Positions 35,543 through 39,596 of a DNA stretch of 39,596 bases are shown here, in pieces. A program made the position numbers and the translations under genes. Source of the stretch: a virus (lineage: Duplodnaviria; Heunggongvirae; Uroviricota; Caudoviricetes); the IMG/VR virus record IMGVR_UViG_2721755756_000002. One strand, 5' to 3'. The first letter of the stretch is position 1; every line of letters begins with the position of its first letter. Below the pieces are notes generated by a model. The model was not told the origin of the DNA and did not search any database. It saw nothing but the letters and a program-made list of their open reading frames with translations.

Positions 35543-35797
35543 AATGCCTCTTTTTTTCTTAGCAAAAGTATATACTTACCTAAAAATAGTTGATTGCAAA
35601 AAACCGGGTTTCTGATTTTGTGTGAATTTTGTGTGATGATTGCGATAAATAAAGGCTTTTTTGCATGTCAATACCTCTTGAAAAATTAACTGTTCGTAGA
35701 CCGTCAACTTGTCCTGCGGTTCCCAAAAGTAATTATAAAAGGTATATAATATAGGTACAACATGTTGGTAAATATTATAAAGAAAGGATAATATCAC

Positions 35798-35977
35798 ATG
35801 AATATCATAAAATTAAACAGAAGAATCAAGGGGATTAGTGTATCAGATTTAGCAAAGGAGTTAGGGATGCCATTATTGCTGTACATATTTCATGAAAGGC
35901 GTATGGACTTCACAGTTGAACAATATTATTTATTATGTAGTTTACTAGGAATAGAATTTGATGATGCAATTTTTTGA
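35798..35977 (+). CDS. Small XRE/Cro-like HTH protein (59 aa)
   Basis: AAAGGA RBS; MNIIKLNRRIKGISVSDLAKELGM...; below the ORF-track cutoff; converges on the integrase. Confidence 0.7.
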   Translation: MNIIKLNRRIKGISVSDLAKELGMPLLLYIFHERRMDFTVEQYYLLCSLLGIEFDDAIF

Positions 35978-35982
35978 AATAG

Positions 35983-36009
35983 AAAAAGAGGAAATCTGCT
36001 CCTCTTTTT
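35983..36009. terminator. Bidirectional terminator between the HTH gene and the integrase
   Basis: AAAAAGAGGA-AATCTGC-TCCTCTTTTT. Confidence 0.75.
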
Positions 36010-37227
36010 CTATATTTTGATTTTTTCAATTTCATGTAATAGATATTCTAATGGCTCGTGGGTATATATATCATCTGTAATATCGTTACATACATGTCCC
36101 ATTATCTTTTTGTGAGCGGCTGTATCTACATGGTAAACTTTGGCTAATGTTGAAAATGTATATCGTGTATCATACGGCTCTGTATGGTCTAATTTTAATC
36201 GGATCATGCATTCCTTAAATTCTTTGTTATACTTTATATAATCCATTTCTGTATATGATTCAGAAAAAAAGTATGTATAACGATATCGGTCATTGAAATA
36301 TTCAATATATTGTTTAATATATGAATGAATAGGGATAATTCGCATTTTGCCAGCTTTTGTTTTAACTCCACCTATCATATAATTTTCATCTAAATGTATA
36401 TCACATCGCTTCATTGTTATTAATTCGATAGGTCGTGCTCCTGTGAATATATAAATTAAAATTTTTTTAGCTATATCAGTTTCATCAGCAATTAGTGTTT
36501 TGATTTCTTCAACTGTAAAAGGTTTTCTTTTGTTTCTTGGCTCTGAAGTTGGAACTGTATTGATGAATTGTGTATAGTCCTTTTCTATATAATCCATTTT
36601 TATTGCGTACTTTATGATTAAACGGCAAACATGAAGCATATTATTAAGTGTACTTTTACCGCAATATCTTTTTTTACTTCTTATATCGAATGCATTTTGA
36701 AACTCATTAGTTTTTATTTGATTTACAGGTAAATCATGTAAAGACTTAAGGCTTTTAAATGCAGCAGACATTGATCTTTTCCAACTGTCAGAATTAACTC
36801 TGGATAATCGTTCAAATTCTATTTCCCAAATTTCAGAAAATGATGGAATATCTGACAAAATTAACTCTTGCTTTGTATCAATATTCAATAAAGTGTTTCC
36901 CATTAAAATCATTCTGTCTTTGAAAAGATTATTGTAAAAGTCAATGTCCTTAAGATTATTAACAAGCATATCAAGAGTACCTTTCTTCTGGAATTCAAAC
37001 AAAAATCTTGCATATTCTGTTTTTAGGAAATCTACTTCACCTAAAAATGTTGGGTAGGATTTAGATATTTCTAATTGATGTTTTAAAAGTGCAAGTTCAG
37101 CTTCTTCAGCAAACTGGAATGTTCCAATACACTTTTTTTCATAAGTCGCTACATAGGGTTTCCTACGCCCTTCTCCTAGATATGACACTGAACCTGATCC
37201 TTTTACTCTGCGCCTCTTTTTTTTCAT
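36010..37227 (-). CDS. int: Tyrosine recombinase/integrase
   Basis: AAGGAG RBS before ATG 37227; N-terminal arm-binding GSGSVSYL...RKPY; catalytic TGARPIE (R), KTKAG (K), YDTRYT, MGH, DIYTH (Y). Confidence 0.92.
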   Translation of the reverse strand: MKKKRRRVKGSGSVSYLGEGRRKPYVATYEKKCIGTFQFAEEAELALLKHQLEISKSYPTFLGEVDFLKTEYARFLFEFQKKGTLDMLVNNLKDIDFYNNLFKDRMILMGNTLLNIDTKQELILSDIPSFSEIWEIEFERLSRVNSDSWKRSMSAAFKSLKSLHDLPVNQIKTNEFQNAFDIRSKKRYCGKSTLNNMLHVCRLIIKYAIKMDYIEKDYTQFINTVPTSEPRNKRKPFTVEEIKTLIADETDIAKKILIYIFTGARPIELITMKRCDIHLDENYMIGGVKTKAGKMRIIPIHSYIKQYIEYFNDRYRYTYFFSESYTEMDYIKYNKEFKECMIRLKLDHTEPYDTRYTFSTLAKVYHVDTAAHKKIMGHVCNDITDDIYTHEPLEYLLHEIEKIKI

Positions 37228-37253
37228 ATTCTTTACTCTCCTTAAATTAGTAT

Positions 37254-37276
37254 AAATTTGGTGTAAATTTGGTGTA
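37254..37276. repeat. Direct repeat AAATTTGGTGT x2 (probable integrase arm-type sites)
   Basis: Perfect 11-bp tandem at 37254 and 37265, between the int RBS and the att-like core. Confidence 0.6.
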
Positions 37277-37361
37277 ACCAATAAAACACAACATTGCTAA
37301 TTGAAAATCTATATTGCTGATATTAACTGTTATTGCTATTGTTTTGATACATTAACTATAT

Positions 37362-37389
37362 ATATGGTATCCCGTACGCGATACCATAT
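37362..37389 (+). other. Probable attR core: inverted repeat around an 8-bp overlap, containing a tRNA 3'-end-like fragment
   Basis: ATATGGTATC-CCGTACGC-GATACCATAT. CCCGT-ACGCGAT-A-CCA has T-stem/acceptor/discriminator/CCA geometry. A + strand terminator follows. Confidence 0.55.
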
Positions 37390-37399
37390 GAAAATCGTG

Positions 37400-37423
37400 G
37401 ACACTGTGATCAGTGTCTTTTTT
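37400..37423 (+). terminator. Terminator downstream of the att-like fragment
   Basis: GACACTG-TGAT-CAGTGTC followed by a T-tract. Confidence 0.65.
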
Positions 37424-37782
37424 ATATTTGAAAGCAACATACTGTATCTGTGCAATAAGGATACTGTGAGAAGAAAACACCGCATGTTAAAAGTTTAAGG
37501 CTTACAATCCGCAATTTGTTAAGTTTCTCCCGCAATTGCTGAAATATATGCTATGATTTCTTTGTGGGTGACATAAAAAAAGGCGATCCTTTGTTAATTA
37601 TTGAAATGTAAATTATAAAGCTGAGCAATATGTATTGCTAAAATGATAACACTATATGACAAATTTTGTTAAATTTCTCATATATCAAGGCGTGTTCGAC
37701 AAAATATCACAAAATTTGCATTCTATACATAGTAAGATACAGGTGGGAAGAAAAAATGGGGAAATCGTAAGGAGGTAGTAGT

Positions 37783-38271
37783 ATGGAATTGACACACAGC
37801 ACAAGGCGATTTCTCAAAACAGCTGCTCCGGTGATTGGTAGTGCCGGGATGCTTTTTGCCTTTTACCAGTGGATGGTAAGCCGGAAGGGGCAGGCAGTTG
37901 AAGAGATGGAGTATGTACAAATACAGGAGCGGGAGCTTCTCAAAGACCTGTGGAATCGCTACGATATGTATCGGTCGGTATATCAAATCTGTGATGATTA
38001 TCTGGATAATGACATGATGATGACCTCGCAGATGATCGATACGCTTAAAGAACGTCTAACGGATTGTCAGTCGTTATTGAGATTGAACAAGCCGTTCATA
38101 AGAAAGAGTGTGTGGGATGCATATGATGGACTGTTAAAGGTGCATAACCATTTTGTTGAAGTGGTCATGTGGGAGATGTGCGAACCAGAGGGGATGAATG
38201 CCTTTCTGCGTGACAGTCACAGCGATATCTATGAAAGTGAAGCACTGCTGATTGAGCTATTGCGGGGATAA
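37783..38271 (+). CDS. Host hypothetical protein (helical, N-terminal hydrophobic segment)
   Basis: AAGGAGG RBS; GC-richer, host-like codon usage. Confidence 0.8.
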   Translation: MELTHSTRRFLKTAAPVIGSAGMLFAFYQWMVSRKGQAVEEMEYVQIQERELLKDLWNRYDMYRSVYQICDDYLDNDMMMTSQMIDTLKERLTDCQSLLRLNKPFIRKSVWDAYDGLLKVHNHFVEVVMWEMCEPEGMNAFLRDSHSDIYESEALLIELLRG

Positions 38272-38281
38272 CATACATAAA

Positions 38282-38327
38282 AAGCATTGTTTCAAACCGG
38301 TGGGGTGCGGTGAATGAAACAATGCTT
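38282..38327. terminator. Bidirectional terminator between convergent host genes
   Basis: 13-bp inverted repeat AAGCATTGTTTCA / TGAAACAATGCTT. Confidence 0.7.
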
Positions 38328-38330
38328 CTC

Positions 38331-38621
38331 TTAATTGAAATCTATGGTTGCCTGTGGATCGTGTTCCTTTAAAAGCTGGATCATTTCCTTACGTTTATCC
38401 TCAAAGCATTCATTCTGCGTGCGAAAGCAGGTACAGTGATGCTCGAAGATATCCAGCAGCTGCTCTACGGTGATCGTTTTATTCTTGCAGCCGGTGTTCT
38501 GTGAATTGATATTGATATTCCAGGTGCCGATATCATTAAGATAGGCAAAGCCAAGCTCTGTTATGGATAACGGATCGGCGCCGGCAATCACTGCTTTCTT
38601 AAAAATTTCCTTTACTGTCAT
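38331..38621 (-). CDS. Host hypothetical protein
   Basis: GGAG RBS upstream; ends at the shared terminator. Confidence 0.7.
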   Translation of the reverse strand: MTVKEIFKKAVIAGADPLSITELGFAYLNDIGTWNININSQNTGCKNKTITVEQLLDIFEHHCTCFRTQNECFEDKRKEMIQLLKEHDPQATIDFN

Positions 38622-38956
38622 AGCTCTACTCCAATCTTGCTGTGCTTACAGCCAACTGTTTAATATCATAGCGCGATATACTGTAAAATGCAAATGGAGA
38701 ATAGTGTATTCTGACGCTTTTTTACGAGTCACTATACTGCATGACAGAAAAGGGCTGCGCTCCTGAAGCAGGCGGTTGTATTCTCGGGCTTTGATGTTCG
38801 ATGTTCGTTTTAATAGGAAGCTGTTAGATGGAGATTGAAATTTCGGATATCACCGCTTGGAAAAGAAGAGGTGAACAGCCGCTGCAGAAGTTCAAGGCTG
38901 TATTGCGGAAGATCTGAAAAGGCAGGCGGGTAAGTCGATATCATAGAAATGAAATG

Positions 38957-38998
38957 AAAACAGATACTGTAGGTGTAATTCCGGCAGTATCTGTTTTT
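38957..38998 (-). terminator. Terminator of the lipoprotein gene
   Basis: 13-bp inverted repeat AAAACAGATACTG / CAGTATCTGTTTT. Confidence 0.75.
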
Positions 38999-39008
38999 AC
39001 GTATTTGT

Positions 39009-39596
39009 TTAGCGGCTGCTATTCGTGGGCATGATGTTTTTGAAGCGGGTCATAATATCCAGATTGACAAGTGCTGTGTCCTGATTGTTTTTCAGGTAGC
39101 TGCGCCCGTAGGAGAAGGCATCCTGCGGTGTAATGCCATATGCAGCCAGCCGCTTTCGTATTTCTGCCTCATAGGTCCTTGCCTCCTGCAGGGCAGCTCC
39201 TGTGCATGTTTTCTTAGAATCAAAAGCATGGATGGCATCATCCATCATAACATCACAATCTCCGTTTTTAATTTTTTTCAGCGTGTTATTTTGATAGGCA
39301 GCTGCCTGTACCCACTGAAAGCTCATGGCATCCGTTTTCTTTGTGGTGATTTCCATTGTATAATAGCTTCCGCCTTCTTTGTTTTTGTCGGTTTCCATAA
39401 GATAATCGAATATCAGATCCTGATTCTCCAGGCTTAGATAGAAGCATTTTTCATTCAGTGCTACAATACTGTATGTTACATCCCTGTCCTGCAACGCCTT
39501 ACTCATAGCCTCGTTTTCCGGTGGTATCCCCTTGCAGCCGCTGCAAAGAAAAACGGCTGCCGAAGCTGTGAAAAAGCCTCGTAACAATTTATTCAT
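39009..39596 (-). CDS. Host lipoprotein
   Basis: Signal peptide MNKLLRGFFTASAAVFLCSGC with a lipobox-like Cys. Confidence 0.8.
   Translation of the reverse strand: MNKLLRGFFTASAAVFLCSGCKGIPPENEAMSKALQDRDVTYSIVALNEKCFYLSLENQDLIFDYLMETDKNKEGGSYYTMEITTKKTDAMSFQWVQAAAYQNNTLKKIKNGDCDVMMDDAIHAFDSKKTCTGAALQEARTYEAEIRKRLAAYGITPQDAFSYGRSYLKNNQDTALVNLDIMTRFKNIMPTNSSR

Larger units (their letters stand above)
1..37386. mobile_element. Temperate siphovirus prophage (left part lies outside the window)
   Basis: Canonical terminase-portal-scaffold-capsid-tail-tape measure-fibre-holin-endolysin order on + strand; tyrosine integrase and att-like core at the right end; host-like genes beyond about 37.4 kb. 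Confidence 0.95.

Noticed and set aside
38630-38950. Possible pseudogene in the host intergenic region
   Set aside because: No recognisable protein motif in any frame I could read.

Overview
Right-hand ~37 kb of an integrated temperate siphovirus (long non-contractile tail) from a low-GC Gram-positive host, followed by ~2.2 kb of host flank. The host is probably a gut Bacillota; Erysipelotrichales-like is only an impression. The + strand carries, in order: early/middle accessory genes (including a nucleotidyltransferase and a Cdc123/R2K-like ATP-grasp protein), an ArpU-like late activator, a separately organised accessory operon, and the terminase small subunit. An insert of one moron gene, a ~620-nt highly structured non-coding region (ROOL/GOLLD-like) and three tRNAs (Trp, Gln, atypical Met) comes next. 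It is followed by the terminase large subunit, portal, scaffold, capsid, head-tail joining genes, tail tube, tail chaperones, tape measure, distal tail, a large tail fibre with an S74 chaperone, holins and a CHAP endolysin. After lysis come two moron genes and a ~720-bp ORF-free stretch that reads as 4-5 tandem promoter-hairpin-terminator units (candidate small-RNA array). A few small genes and a minus-strand tyrosine integrase follow, next to a probable attR resembling a tRNA 3' end. The strongest novelty candidates are the sRNA array (33617-34337), the large ncRNA/tRNA cluster (8861-9964) and a type I toxin-like fold-back mRNA (4416-4657). All family assignments come from recognising motifs by eye; no database searches were run.
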